A stretch of 64,000 nucleotides of DNA, from the NCBI RefSeq assembly GCF_000143415.4, contig NW_003314294.1:1354416-1418415 (forward strand). Direction: 5' to 3'. The stretch's first letter is position 1. Each line of letters starts with the position of its first letter. Positions 37,330 through 52,130 of this stretch are shown piece after piece. Position numbers and translations under genes: made by a program. Origin of the DNA: Selaginella moellendorffii (Eukaryota; Plantae; Lycopodiophyta). The notes below the pieces were generated by a model, which saw nothing but the letters and a program-made list of their open reading frames with translations, did no database searches and was not told where the DNA came from.

Positions 37330-38134
37330 ATCTAGGATCTGAAATTTATGAACTGCGTGCAGTAGTCTCCTCCCTCAACTGCATATGTGGCGTCCAGCTC
37401 AATCATCTCATCCTCGCTATATCATGAAGCCACGACCACCCCATATTCCCTGTATTTTCTGAGCAAAGCCACTATGGCTTCAACCTCTGATGAACTGACA
37501 AACATGCCCAGAGCTGCTTCAATGTCTTCAGCATCCGGTAATAGCTCAAGAGTCTCACTATTGTTTGGCGTCTGAACCTATGATGACCAAGTACTGTCCC
37601 GCCTGCCAGCTTCGATGTGGCTCGCATCCTGAAGCTATAGTCCAGAACATCCAGCGACAGAGGATGCTGACCGCCATAATAGTTGATGAGGTCCGCATAG
37701 GCTTTCAGTACAGAAACCTTGCCAACAACGATGTTGATGAAACTTTTGGCTTGGAGGTTAGCTAGATTGCTAGTTGTGGTGTTCACTCTCACAATGCTTT
37801 GATTCAGGAAGTGTGTCTCTTGATCAGTTTGATGCCTGAGAAAAGGCAGCTTAGCATCTTTGGGAACACCATGTCTGTGGCTGTTCTGGATTTTGTTTCC
37901 CACGATGCCAAGTGTTTGGTTTGCCGAAGCAATATTAGTTTTCTCATATCCCGTCTCTTTATGGACAGGGTGACCTGAATGACGCATGAAAAATTTTCGA
38001 GGATTGGGAAGTGAGACGGTTTCTGTCCCAGCTCTTAAACTCGTGTATTGCCAGTAACGCAAGAAGCTTGTTGGATCTCCGTGCCAAGGAAGAGAGAACC
38101 GTTGAGTAGAAGAGACGGTTTTGTGAATCTCCAT
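37330..38134 (-). other. Unidentified coding-like segment (220-aa ORF, possibly a frameshifted gene fragment)
   Basis: Long ORF with higher GC than its flanks. No family recognised. Confidence 0.25.
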
Positions 38135-39299
38135 TAAAATCAGTATGGCAAGGTTGATTGAATGTTATTCAATCTTCAGTAGTGGCTTCTAAGAATCTGG
38201 AAAACAAGACAAGTGTCCAAAACAGAAGGAAAAAATAGCTTCCCTATCATTCTCATTTCTTGTACTGCATGGTGAAGTGCCCTAACCACAACTCACACAC
38301 CATGTGGAATGTATTCTCTTCACAGACATGAGAAGTCTACATAGCATGTCTTGCCACCTATAGATCCAAGTAAGTTAAGGAGGGTCATTACCCTTGATAT
38401 TGTATATGTACCGTCATTGTGACAAAGAGTTATGATAATATCTGAGCATTCAAGGATGAGGCCAGTGCGAGCCACAGATATGGCTGTTGAGAGTGCTTCC
38501 TCTTCGGGGCTAGGGTGCAGAGGGTTGAGTGCAGTGGTTTGAGGTTTGAGAGGGGTGAGGCTGAGCGTTGAGCATATGCAGAGGTGCTGAGGTTGGAGTG
38601 CTATGCTGAGTGGCTGTGTGCTCATTGCCATTTAGACTGAGATCACTAGGGGGCTGGATGCTGGGCGAGGTGTGGGCTGGGCTGAGAGTGACGCTGCATG
38701 CTGGGCTGGGACGAGGTGCTGAGATGGCGCTGTGGAGTCAGGGCTGTAGAGTCGAGGTGCTACTGTGTGTGGTGATGGAGCACTGTGCTGCTGCGCATGA
38801 GACACTGCCATTTACATCTCTCGCTTGATCAGATATGAGTGTATCGTCAAAACACTAGGAATCTCTCTCTATAGCTCTCTCCTCTCCATCGTCTTGTCCA
38901 AGCCATAGAGATCTATCTCTACTCCCTCTCAAGGTGACACCTTGCACAAAGGGCTTTTTCTGACCACACCTCACAGGCTGTGATACACCTACAGCAGAGC
39001 AAAAGAGGAGGGAACCAAGAAGATAATTTAGAAGTTTCCATCTCTCTATCCAATCTCCAAGACCCTGTTTGCCTTAAAATAACAAATGCAGCGAGGTTAT
39101 GTCTTGCCACCTCATAAATCTAATACAAGGTCATGATTTTTTATATTGTATATGTAGATCTATAATGATATCTAAACATATCCATTCATCATTCATTATG
39201 CTTCTAGTTATCTACAATAATTGAAAGTGTCAGAAGGCCTGGAAAGTGAATACCATTCAAACCACTAATAATAAGAACATACAAGAAAAAGAGAGGAAA

Positions 39300-40500
39300 C
39301 CTGAATGAGTCAATGATAAGTATTGCTCCCTGGAGTTTTGACTTGAGATCAGTGACGTCCCGCTCTCTTAAAAAAAAACACAAATCTTTTCCAGTCCAGC
39401 ACATCATTGAAAGGAAGATCGTAATGGTCTGAGAGAATCACTGGTGTGACATGAAATGAAAGGTCAGGCAAGCACATAGTAGCACTTAGAAAGACAGACC
39501 TAGCATGTATCCGTAATGTATAGAGTCGATAATACATGCACTGTTGACTTGTAGCCGCCAGGACAAATGCAAATCTTGCTCTACAAAACTGCTTCTGGTA
39601 CACTAGCTCTCCAGTGGCTCTGCTCATCCAGTTATTACTGATGGCTAGAACATTGTCATCTTCCCACAGCTTGGCTAAAACCACTCGAATCTTAGAATTT
39701 CAATGACCAGCTCAGAATTCAAGAGTTGTTCTGCACAGAGCGAGGACCAAGAATTGCATAATGACTATCAAGAGTACCTGTTTTTGACGTTGTTTCCTCC
39801 TCTAGGCAAAGCGAATGGTTGCAAAATCTGAGGCATGGAGATGTCCTTGTCCTGCTTGGGGATGAAGTCTCCATTGTATCTGGGAGAACAAACCACACAG
39901 ATCGAGTTCTTCACCAGGTTTGCAACTTTATTTGTGGCTCTTGCCCACGGGTTACAAAGACGTGATCTGCACCATATGTTCTGGGATACTTGGCGATCAA
40001 GCCCTGGACAATATCTGCCATCGTTTCATAAGAAATGCCCTTCATTTTGTTCCATTTTGAGGTATGATAATCAGAAGAAGAAAATGTAAACATCATACTT
40101 TTCCTCACATCTTGTGGCACGAAATGTGGATGAAGAAGAAATGTGCCTTGTTCAGATTTTTTGTGATGAACTTGCTCTCTCTCAGGTTTTGGAAGAAATA
40201 ACCTTTGCTAGTGTTCTTGCTTGTGATTTTCCATAGTGTTTGATAGTAAGCATTTGAATCACCGTCTGGATAAATGAAAATCTTGAACCGCTTCAACATT
40301 TACTGATAGTTCTTGAAAACGGCAAAAGAGCGGAAAACTCCCATTCCCACACCTGTCTCCTCATCAATGTCAACTTTGAGCTCTTCTCCTTGTAATCCCG
40401 TGGCTAATTCCTGTGCACTCAAATCTTCTACATTCTCCTCATCATATCTTCAATGACTTGTCAAGGCACTAGCTCGACTCTTAAGTTTTTAGCTTCAAGC
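39300..40500 (-). pseudogene. Exostosin family (GT47) glycosyltransferase pseudogene, At4g38040-like
   Basis: FKIFIYPDGD...GYFFQNLRES...ISCHKM, GADHVFVT, LWEDD..LAISNN..RATGELVYQK, PVILSDHYDLPFNDVLDWKRF. Stops, deletions and intron remnants present. Confidence 0.85.
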
Positions 40501-41749
40501 GTTTCAAGTTTTCTCTCCAGTGCTTGAATATCAGAGATTTTGTCATAGGAGACCACATCCGATACTTTATGAGCATCGACTTTAGTGCAGAAGAAAGAAT
40601 TACACCAAAGGTGGCATTTCCAAGTAGAGACAGGACTCTTGTTTACTCTGGAGAAGCAAAAAAGTGTCAAAGAAACCATGGATGCTTTATTGAATACCTC
40701 TTGGACGTGCTCTGTCTTTGTAATATCTATCCTTTTGCTACCCAAAGGACTTTAGGACTTCTTAACAAATACATGGGAGGGACTCAAAAGTCACATTGTT
40801 TTCCGTAACATTGTGAATTTCTTTAATATTGCTCGGCGCTATGAAACAGACAAGAGCTTAAAGATCCCTAAAAGAACCATTCTAAAGAACTTACTTTGTG
40901 ATGGATCATTAATTCATCCAAAAATCCTCCACAACAAAAAGAGGCAATTCCTGTTCTTCGCAATGCTCATCTGGCATTGGCAGTGATTCCGGATTCTTGT
41001 TCCAGCTACTGGTGCTAGAACAATCTGAATCGTAGCTATCCTACCATGTGACTTCCTCAAAAACGGGCTGATGGATGACTGGGCATCTTGGGCACATTCT
41101 GAGTGAGACTAAACCACTTGAGACTCCTCCTTACCTCATCTTCTCCATGGAGAGGCTGCTAGAATGCAACGTCTCATATTTATAATTTGGTATTCTTGCC
41201 TGCTACCATCACTCTATAATGCTTTTGTATTTGCCATTTCATCCTTCAACATCATAAAAACAGTTATATATGTAATGATAACACTATTTTCTTGGTAGTT
41301 GCAGTGGTGGCTTAAAAATTTTATATTCAATAATATTTAACATAATGTTTCCCAAGGGGTGTGAGGTCTAGGTGTACAGTTATAATACCATAGCATAGTG
41401 GGATTTTGGTAGTGTCGGATTGGTTTTAATTCGGACTCACTTTTGTATATAAGCTAGGGTTTTTGAGCTAATGGATATGCACATTTTTTATATTCACTTT
41501 CTATATTCCAAGCATTCACATTGGTAGAGATGAGAAGCACCTTTTATTGTCCTTAAGGAGTGCTCAAATTTGGGATTTTGGTTTAGATTTAACTTTTGTA
41601 TTGTTTAGATCTAACTTTTTCCATTTCTTTTCTTTTATTCTTTCCTTTCAGGATTTTGGTTTAGATTTAATTTTTCCATTGTCTAAATTTCCTTTTCCTT
41701 CTAGTTTTTTCTCATTTCTCTTCTTTTGTTATTTCCTTTTCATTATCTT

Positions 41750-42400
41750 CATGGCAAAGCAACAGTCTCTTCTAACTCTAGAGCAATAGTTGATGCAATT
41801 GCTTGATGCCATACAATTGCAATTGAACAACCAAACTAAGTTGATGGCAGCATTCACAGCACATGGTACAGTTCCTTCTGCTCTTGATGCTAATCCTTAC
41901 ATTTAGCCAGAGTTCTTTTGTGGGAATCTTGAGGATGATGTGTACTATTGGTTCAATCACTTCACGGTGATTGCCATATATCATTCTTAGGATGATGCTC
42001 AACATTTGTGTGAGTTTCCCACGTGTCTCCAAGGGATGGTGCTGTAGTGGTACAATGGTTTGAGTGCAGCCACTCGTGGGGATTAGAGTGTTCTTTTGGA
42101 CATTTTCAACTGCGCATTCGGACATGCTAACGATTGTAATGATGCCTTCCAACAATTGCATTGTCTTCGTCAAGAGTCATTTGAGTCGGTGATGCAATTT
42201 GGCATTCGTTTCTGAAGCCTTTTGTTTCGTGTGGAGTCAAATATATCGGAGCGAATCAAACTAGAAATGTTGTGGCCAACACTTCATTAAAATTTTGTCG
42301 GACTTGTGCATGCACTTGCTCTAGCCACCCTTGATGATGCTTTTCACTTAGCACAACATGCTACATCTATCTATCATAACCACCTTGTAGATTACTAAGC
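41750..42400 (+). pseudogene. Retrotransposon gag relic
   Basis: GNLEDDVYYWF...LQGMVL*WY...LRQESFESVMQF..RF pattern with stops. Confidence 0.6.
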
Positions 42401-44402
42401 TCTTTTTCATAGGTAAACCAAGTTTATTCACCACCTTGATACTAAAAAAGTTATATGTAACACTTGGATTGAAAGGAATATTACCCAGACTACCCTAAAT
42501 ATCCATTTTTTGCCGCCATAAATTGATTGCACATAGAACTATTGAGTTCTATAGAGTTAATAACTTTCACCATACTACAGTAGACACCTAAGTTGTATCC
42601 ACAATGGATTCCACCATATTCACTTTAACATTCTTTAATCCTTTTATGAGAGGATAATATTTGACTTAATATCTAGCCTTTTGGTAACAAAAATAATTGC
42701 CCTTTACTTTGTTTTCCTCCCATTGGTCTAAATGAAGCTTCTTTTTCGTTCTTTGAGCCACAATGCAGCAATAATTATTTCTTAAAGCATTGGTTGGTTA
42801 GTCATTATGTTGACTACCCTGTAGACCATTTTATTGACTAAAGTTGACCAAGTTGACTAGCAATTTTGGCAAAAGGATCTAAGTATTAGTGATAGCATTA
42901 GTTGTTCCTAGAAAATCCTTTTTAACCTTCTGCTATGAATTTACTAAGTTTAAACTTTTGATAAAATATTGCATCTTTAACAACTCAATATAGGTGCTTG
43001 TGAGACTAAGGTAAATATTATAGAACTTGCAAGCATATGCATCCAAAAACAAAATGCCTTACCTAATATAAAGATCAACCTCTTTAAACTTTTTGACAAA
43101 TGAAGCACAAAAAACCTTTGTCAAATCACTTCAAGAAATTGGCTTCTAATTAGTTTTGATATAGTTCTTTCACCATGAAGAAGCATAACTTATAACTTCA
43201 TCACAAAAAAAATCAATCTTCACTTTATCTTTATAAGGGTTATGAAATTAACAACTTTCCTATGATTCCAATTAACAATCAACCTCTTAACTATCATAAA
43301 CAAAGATTTTCATTCCATAATACCATAATCCTTTACATGTTTGACATACTAATGGTAATCATAGACATAAGATTGATTCAACCCTTGAGGGTCTATGCAA
43401 AGCAAGAAATCCTGATTAATAGAATCCTTAACTTCCTTAATGTCATTCTAAACTTCAGTAATTTAGGATTTTTACTGCACGACAACATCATCAAGAGTCT
43501 CTTCCTCCTCATCATAGCCCTCATCATGAACACCATACTCATCAAGATCTATTATCCTACTCATCTGCCATCCTCAAAAGAATATGCTACTTTGGTACCC
43601 ATGAAACAAACAAGGAGAAAAACCTAAGCCAACTTCCCAACCATAAAATATTCTTAGAATATTCATATGGTTCTTGTCATTGGAACTTTAAAACTAAACC
43701 TTAAATTCTTGAAAATAAAAAAAAATCTTATCCTACCCCTTAAAGCTTACTGTTCCATTCCTCCAATCCATAGAATGGAAGCCATTGTGTAGGTAGAGAG
43801 AATGCTATAAACCCTAAAGAAAGGTCCAAGTTGATATAATTTATCATTCTTATAAACATAATTTATTATGTAATAAATTATAATTTATCATTAGTTTACA
43901 TTTTTTGTCATATGGTATATTAAATTTTTCATCTAGATATGATTTGTTATTTAGATATAAATCGATATAGTTATGTTGATATAGAATTTATTATAAAGTA
44001 GAACAACAATTTGTCATATCAAGTTTGTATAGAGTGGGAAAAAATAATTATAAATTATAAAGGCAGGAAACTAGTTTAAAAATTAGCTTCTAGAATTTGG
44101 AGAATTGAAATAAGGGTTGCATTAAGTTAATGGTACACTAATATTTACAGAGGGTTGCATAAATTTAACAGTATACTTGCAATATAGTTGATTTCTCATA
44201 GAAAAGACTTCATAGTGAGATCTGTTGCAAAGTTGCATTCCAAACTCCCTACCATAACTGAAGAAATCATCTGCATGCTAAGGGATTTGAGAGCTGACAA
44301 AAATTCACAACTTGCATATTGAATGTTTTCATTCATTCATTCATTAACTGTTTATAGGGTCCTATGGTGCCCACCAAGAAGCGTGAGACCAATGGATTAT
44401 AG

Positions 44403-47400
44403 TGTAGTGCACCTGAATTTGGAGCTAAACTCCAAGTCTATTGTGCTATAAAACAAGGGTCCAGTACAATCTTACGATCACTAGCTCCCTATATCTAGCA
44501 CTTGCACGCAAAATAGTGTCAAATGGTATCTGGCACAATTTTGGCATATCGATGGCCTAACGTGAGGAGGAGGGTACCCCACTAACTAGAGCAGCATGGA
44601 ACTTAGACTTAAACCTAAGCTAGACTTAGAACAAAAAGCGATAGCGATAGTCAAACTTGCATTCTAAGCACTATCCTTACTATACATTTGAAACCCCCCA
44701 TAGCCAGCCCCCCCCACCCCACCCCACCCATGAGGAACACATGCTTTAGGCATCCCCATGGTTATGGATTGAATCGATGCACCAAAGTGCCAAAGTCAGT
44801 CTACTAAAACTAACCCAAGTATTAACAAACAAGAGAAACAAAACTTGGATTTATAGAAATATATTACTTTATTGATTTGCAAGATTTATTACAAGATTTA
44901 CAAAAGCTAATCTTTATTACTAATCTCATATGCCATGCCAAGCTCACGAGCATGTGTAAGATTACTAAGAGATTCCTAAGTCAATTCATAAATTGGGTAA
45001 CCTTTCCACTTAATTAGATACTTTCAACATTTGGCACGTTTAAGCCAGCATGTACCCAAAATAGCTTCCACTTCATATTTAAGTTCACCATCCACAACTT
45101 CTGGTAGTGGACGAATCTCCACTTGATGTGCATCATCCATAATGTAAGGAGCCAATAAATTGGCATGAAATACATTATGAACATTGGACATTTCCGCAGG
45201 AAGATTCAACTAATAGGATACATTACCAATGCATTTCAACACCCAATAGGGTCCAACATATCTCAATAACAGCTTCGAGACAAAATTCACTTCATGTTCA
45301 AGTTCTGGGAAGATAGCCACACCTGATCTCCCACTTGATAGGATACATCCTGATGATGTTGATCCTTATCACGTTGATACCTATTTTGAGCTTTGCCCAT
45401 CGCCTTAGTAGCTCTAGACCAACTTTGGCGTAGTTGCTCCGCATAAGTCTGAACGGTCGAGACCAACACTTCAAACATTGGTTTCGGTATAACAATCTGT
45501 TGAGGAACCCCACGAGCATTCCCTTGCAGCATCTCCCATGGAGAACAACTAATAGTGCTGTGAAATGTGTTGTTATAACAGATTTCTACTGTGTCCAAAT
45601 GCTCAACCCAGTCGCGTTGCTCTGCTGCAACATAGTATTGTAGATAATCCTCAACTTGAGCATTCACACGTTTGGTTTACCCATTAATTTAAGGATGATA
45701 AGCCATACTACGTAGTTGGAACAATGTGCCCCAAAACTTCCCCGTAAATCTTGAATCTCTATTCGAGATCATCTCTTCGGGAAGACCATGAACCCACATG
45801 GGAAAAGAGCTTTGCTGCTTGCTTCATATTCACTGTTTCCACAGTGGGAATGAAGTGTGCAATCTTTGACAACTGATTCACAACCACTATCAAAGTATCA
45901 TAACCCGTAGACTTTGGCAAGCAAGTGACAAAATCAAGTGTCACACTTTGAAATGGCCATGCTAGTGCTGGAAGGCACTGCAACTTTCTAGCCTGCTTCT
46001 CAGTTCTGCGCTTATATTGTTGGTATATAAGGCAGGAACAGACATAGTCCGCTACATCACCTTCCATACCAAACCAGAAAAATTCCTTTTTCAATGAAGC
46101 CAGAGTCTTTCGCTTTCCACCATGTCTCGCTGCCAAAACATCATGATGTTCCCGTAGAAACAATTGTTGCAGATCCTTAGAGGGAAGATACATTCTTTCT
46201 TGCTTATAGAATATAAGCCCATCTCGAACTAAAAAGTGAAGTTTCGCATTGGTGCAGCTAGCAACTTTTGCTACTTTGCTACCAGAGTTCTGCTTTGACA
46301 ACTCCACATGGTGTAAGATTGCCTTCGCCAACAGATCACTTCCATATGAAGCCCAAACGTCCTCCAACCAATCCAAACTGATTGCTAATATTGTATGAAA
46401 CTGAGCCTAATGACTCAATGCATCCGGAACAATATTGTCTTTACTAGGTTTATATATGATTTCAATATCATATCTAGCAAGCTTCTCTTGCCAACGAGCC
46501 TGCTTCGGCATAAGCTTCGGCATAAGTAGCAAAGTATTTTAGTATGTTAATATCTGTATAAACCTTGGTATGTCCACCCAAGTAGTGTCTCTAGTGTTCT
46601 AGTGCCAACACTATAGCAAACATTTCTTTCTCATGCATTGGCTATCTTCGTTGGGTTTCATCCAATTTCTTAGAATAGAATGCAACAGGACAACTATATC
46701 GCCTTAGCATAACACCAACCGCTTTGTCACAATCTTGCTGCAACATGGCACCAATAGCGTAGCTAAATGCATCACAATGCACTTCGAAGGGTTTATCAAG
46801 ATCTGGGATCCTGAGAATAGGAACAGTAGTCAAAATCTCCTTCAATCGTATAAAAGTATGATGACAAGTTGGTGTCCAATAAAACGGTATACTACTTCTT
46901 TGTCAACTCAGTTAACAGAAGAGCAATTCTTGCAAAATTGTGGACAAACTTGCAATAACATTTTATTAAACTGAGAAAGGAAGGAACATTTGATATAGTG
47001 GTCAGGACTTCCTAAGACTTCACCACTTCCACCTTCTTTGAATCTACCTCAATTACACCACCACCAACTATATGTCCAAGAAAGTTTATGCACAATTATC
47101 CGAAAACACATTTACTTTCCTTAGCATACAGTTTGTGTTTATGGCTAGGAGGTAGCCTTGGAGGCAAATCCTTCGGGAAGATATCCTGATTCTACGCCAA
47201 CAACTCAAATATCTTCTTTGGTACAGGATCAACTTTGTCACCAATTTGAACTAAGCCACCTACATCTTTAGCTTCCATCACTTGAACCCAAAAGGTTCGA
47301 CATCCCTTCTTAGCTGCTTTTTAAGTGACTCTCGCAGTCAAGAATTTAGCATCCCAATCCTTTGAGGAATGCTTTTGCAACTGGAAGGACACATCGGGAT

Positions 47401-49481
47401 GTCTTTCTAACTTCAACATGATACAACTTTGTCTAGCACCATAAATCCCTTTAATATATTTGTTGAAGAAATCTATACCAAACACTATATGAAAAATTGG
47501 TATCTTCAACACTACCAAGTCCACTCTTTCTTTCCACTTGGATATTTTTATTGGAACATCACTCACGAATTTTCTAGCTACTTGCCCACCTTCCGCAAAC
47601 CAGAAGTGTATGGGCAATAGTTGCTTAGCATTCAATCCTAACAACTTCGGATATCACATTGTGTTTAGCTCCTATATCAATCATCACTCGGATTCAATTT
47701 CCGTAGACAAAGCTTACTAGATACATTAACAGATTAGTGTTTGCATTAACTACAAGAAAAACTTGAGGAAAGCAACGAAAGTAATTCACCTCCTCTTCCT
47801 CATAATTTGCATTGACCAACTCATCAACCAATTCAACTTCACCACCACCATCTTCCCTCATGACATTAATACGAGACTTTGTCTTATGCTTGTTGGGACA
47901 TTCTGAGGACCTATGTCCTGACTCTTCACAATAGAAGCAATGACCTACACTACCCATTTCACTAGGAGCAGGTTTTGTAGGTTGCTGTTGCTTCTACCCA
48001 CCAGGAGGAGGAACAAAGGGCCTAGGATCAGAAGTAGCTACTAGTGGTCTCCAACCACCACCACCTTTGTTAATTGTTGCTTGTGAGCCTCCAGGGTGGA
48101 ACCTTCTTTCCACCCTTTGTTTCTAATCACCTTGTTTATCCTAGAATTTTTATTCTTGTCCGAGGTACTAGCATACAGTTGTTGATATTGTTCCATGAGT
48201 AAGTGACTAAAGGCAACTTACTGTGCTACCTCCTTACACTCTAGGTACGTCTTCAGTTTAAACTTCAAAATTTCATTTCGAGAAAGTGAAATTAAACCCT
48301 CTAGGAAATAACTTTGAGCATCTTCGTCACTCATATTTGCAATCATAATGCACTTTTGAGCAAATGCATTAATGTAATACATAAGGTCCTCTTGCTGTTT
48401 TAACCGTCGCAGCTCTATATGAAATCTCAAACCAAGATCATCTAACAAGTATTCCTTATGGATACAAGACTGCATTTTGGTCCAACTTTTAGTTTGCCCT
48501 TTTTCAGCACACACCTGGCGCCACCAAGTTTTGGCATGATCGGTGAGAAAGGATTGCACATACGCAACTTTTGTACGATCATTTATGTCTGCCATTATGA
48601 AATAATTTTCCATATCGTAGACCCAATCTTCCAAAACTTAATAGTCCTGCATGCCTCTGAAATTAGGTGGTTTTAGAGGCTTGAACTTTAAAACTCATGC
48701 AACCGGGGGTGGTTGCAAAACTTCATCGTCCTCAAAACTTGAAGAAGAGTTTGGTTGCTTAGGTTTAGTTGGTTTAGTTGGTTTAGCTTTTTTCTTCCTC
48801 TTTTTGTTCTCCTTCTTCAATTTGCGAATTTCCCTTTGCAAATTTTCAATCTCAACTTCCTAAGCCATACACTGTAGTACTGTAGCATCTGGCTCTTTCT
48901 CTTCTGACTTAACCTCAACCTCTTCTACAGCATCTCTAGCAAGGGTTTCCTCCTCTCAATTTGCCCATCTAGAGGTTTCAGCATCATCAACATGGTTCCT
49001 TTTCACCATCCTGCTAGCTACATATATGCCTCTATGAGTAACTGAACATGCATACAACATTCTTACCGAATGGTGCAATCAACTTAATCCTATACAGGTC
49101 ACTTCATATCTACTAGAAAAGTCTCAGCGTATGCAACTTGAGTCAGAAAATCTGACAAAAGTTGGATAAAAATTGCTAAGAAAATTCCTCTAATACCAAA
49201 TGTAGTGCATTTGAATTTCAAGCTAAATTCCAAGCCCATTGCACTATGAAACAAAGGTCCTATACAATCCCATGAGCACTAGCTCCCCATATCTAGCACT
49301 TGCACGCAAAATGGTGTCAAATGATGTTTGGCACAATTTTGGCATACCGGTGGCCTAACACAAAGAGGAGGGTACTCCACCAACTAGAGCAGCATAGAAC
49401 TTGGGCTTAGACCCAAACTGGATGCAAAACAAAGAGTGACACAGCTTAGTGGGAGTTTCCAACCACTATCCCTACTATAAA
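44403..49481 (-). mobile_element. Chromovirus family C element (LTRs 44403-44686 and 49201-49481), decayed, RT core deleted
   Basis: Related ~280-bp LTRs. PBS (reverse complement TGGTATTAGAG) next to 49201; C-rich PPT complement next to 44686. gag EDWVYDMENYF, CFYCEESGHRSSEC, RNase H VHCDAF, integrase, chromodomain YEVEAIL. Confidence 0.88.
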
Positions 49482-50698
49482 TTTGGAATCCCCATTGTGC
49501 ACACGCAACTTTCGTACGATCATGTATGTCTACCGCTATGAAATAGTTTTCCATATTGTAGACCCAGTCTTCCAAAACCTAATATTCACGCATACCTCTA
49601 AAATTGGGTGGTTTCGGAGGCTTGAACTTTGAAACTCGTGCACCGGGGGTAGTTACAAAACTTTATCATCCTCAAAACTTGAAGAGGAGTTTGGTTGCTC
49701 AGGTTTAGTTGGTTTAGCTGCTTCAGCTTCTTTCTTCCTTTTCTTGTTCTCTTTTTTCAATTTGTGAACTTCTCTTTATAAATTCTCAATCTCAACTTCC
49801 TAAACCGTATGCTATAGTGCTTTAGCATCTGGCTCTTCCTCTTTTGACTCAACCTTAGCCTCTTCCACAGCATCTCTGGCAAAAGTTTCCTCCTCTTGAT
49901 TCGCCCATCTAGAGGTCTCAACATCATCAACATGGTTCCATTTCACCATCCTGCTAGTTGTATGCATGCCTCTATGAGTAACTAAACATGCATACAACAT
50001 TCTTATCGAACGGTGCAATCCAATTAATCCTACACAAGTCACTTTAGATCTACTAGAAAAGTCTCTGTTTATGCAACTTGAGTTAGAAAATCTGACAAAA
50101 GTTGGATAGAAATCACTGAGAAAATTCTTCTAATACCAAATGTAGTGCATCTAAATTTCGAGCCGAACTCCAAGCCCGTTGCACTATGAAACAAGGTTTT
50201 GGTATAATTCCATGAGCACCAGCTCTCCGTATCTAGCACCTGCATGCAAAATGGTGTCAAACAGTGTCTGGCACAATTTCAGCATACTAGTGGCCTAACA
50301 CAAAGAGGAGGGTACCCCACTAACTATAGCAGTATGGAGCTTGGGCTTAGACCCAAACTGGATGCAAAATAAAGAGCGACACAGCCCAACAGGAGCTTCC
50401 AACCACTATTGCGCCCCCTAATACCAAATGTAGTGCATCTAAATTTCGAGCCGAACTCCAAGCCCGTTGCACTATGAAACAAGGTTTTGGTATAATTCCA
50501 TGAGCACCAGCTCTCCGTATCTAGCACCTGCATGCAAAATGGTGTCAAACAGTGTCTGGCACAATTTCAGCATACTAGTGGCCTAACACAAAGAGGAGGG
50601 TACCCCACTAACTATAGCAGTATGGAGCTTGGGCTTAGACCCAAACTGGATGCAAAATAAAGAGCGACACAGCCCAACAGGAGCTTCCAACCACTATC
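49482..50698 (-). mobile_element. Internally deleted family C unit (PPT + 5' gag + PBS) with LTR 50141-50410 and a tandem duplicate LTR ~50429-50698
   Basis: 49495-50140 repeats 48555-49200. The LTR copies give identical MTPFCMQVLDTE... ORFs. Confidence 0.8.
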
Positions 50699-52130
50699 GC
50701 GCCCCCCCCCCCCCCCNNNNNNNNNNNNNNNNNNNNNNNNNNNNNNNNNNNNNNNNNNNNNNNNNNNNNNNNNNNNNNNNNNNNNNNNNNNNNNNNNNNN
50801 NNNNNNNNNNNNNNNNNNNNNNNNNNNNNNNNNNNNNNNNNNNNNNNNNNNNNNNNNNNNNNNNNNNNNNNNNNNNNNNNNNNNNNNNNNNNNNNNNNNN
50901 NNNNNNNNNNNNNNNNNNNNNNNNNNNNNNNNNNNNNNNNNNNNNNNNNNNNNNNNNNNNNNNNNNNNNNNNNNNNNNNNNNNNNNNNNNNNNNNNNNNN
51001 NNNNNNNNNNNNNNNNNNNNNNNNNNNNNNNNNNNNNNNNNNNNNNNNNNNNNNNNNNNNNNNNNNNNNNNNNNNNNNNNNNNNNNNNNNNNNNNNNNNN
51101 NNNNNNNNNNNNNNNNNNNNNNNNNNNNNNNNNNNNNNNNNNNNNNNNNNNNNNNNNNNNNNNNNNNNNNNNNNNNNNNNNNNNNNNNNNNNNNNNNNNN
51201 NNNNNNNNNNNNNNNNNNNNNNNNNNNNNNNNNNNNNNNNNNNNNNNNNNNNNNNNNNNNNNNNNNNNNNNNNNNNNNNNNNNNNNNNNNNNNNNNNNNN
51301 NNNNNNNNNNNNNNNNNNNNNNNNNNNNNNNNNNNNNNNNNNNNNNNNNNNNNNNNNNNNNNNNNNNNNNNNNNNNNNNNNNNNNNNNNNNNNNNNNNNN
51401 NNNNNNNNNNNNNNNNNNNNNNNNNNNNNNNNNNNNNNNNNNNNNNNNNNNNNNNNNNNNNNNNNNNNNNNNNNNNNNNNNNNNNNNNNNNNNNNNNNNN
51501 NNNNNNNNNNNNNNNNNNNNNNNNNNNNNNNNNNNNNNNNNNNNNNNNNNNNNNNNNNNNNNNNNNNNNNNNNNNNNNNNNNNNNNNNNNNNNNNNNNNN
51601 NNNNNNNNNNNNNNNNNNNNNNNNNNNNNNNNNNNNCCCAGAAACACACGCTTTGGGCTTTTACCCCAAGCCTCCCTTAGTACCAGGAGTTAATCTCTGG
51701 AACAAGCTCAAATCTAGACAGTTTCCATAAGTAGTATTTGGGATCGAAATAAGACTAACATAAAGGGCATGATAGCAAGGGTATTTGGTAGACATGGTAA
51801 GCTATCATCTAGCGATATTGAGGGAATAATCTCAATATGTGAGGGTTTTTGCCAAGCCAGTGTAAGACAAAGCAAAAGAGAACTAACAAGCCGGGCCAAA
51901 TATGCTTGGTTAAATAGACATTTAGGAATTCCTTCTTTATGCTCATCAGTTTGCTAACACTTAGACAAGAGGGGCTATAAAAGGAACTAGCAGTACTAAC
52001 CTTCTGCCATTATGGTAATAAGGAAAGAGTGCTTATAAGGACTGGCCAACAAATATCTTTCAATACCCAAAATCATATTTGCGACTCTATCTCTTTCCCC
52101 TTAAAACAACTAAAAAAGGAGTAATTGCTT

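Noticed and set aside
42450-44400. ORF 43262-43627 and surrounding AT-rich sequence
   Set aside because: Looks like heavily decayed repeat sequence; no recognisable motif.
50418-50698. Biological tandem LTR duplication
   Set aside because: Apparently identical copy next to a poly-C run and a gap; likely an assembly artefact.
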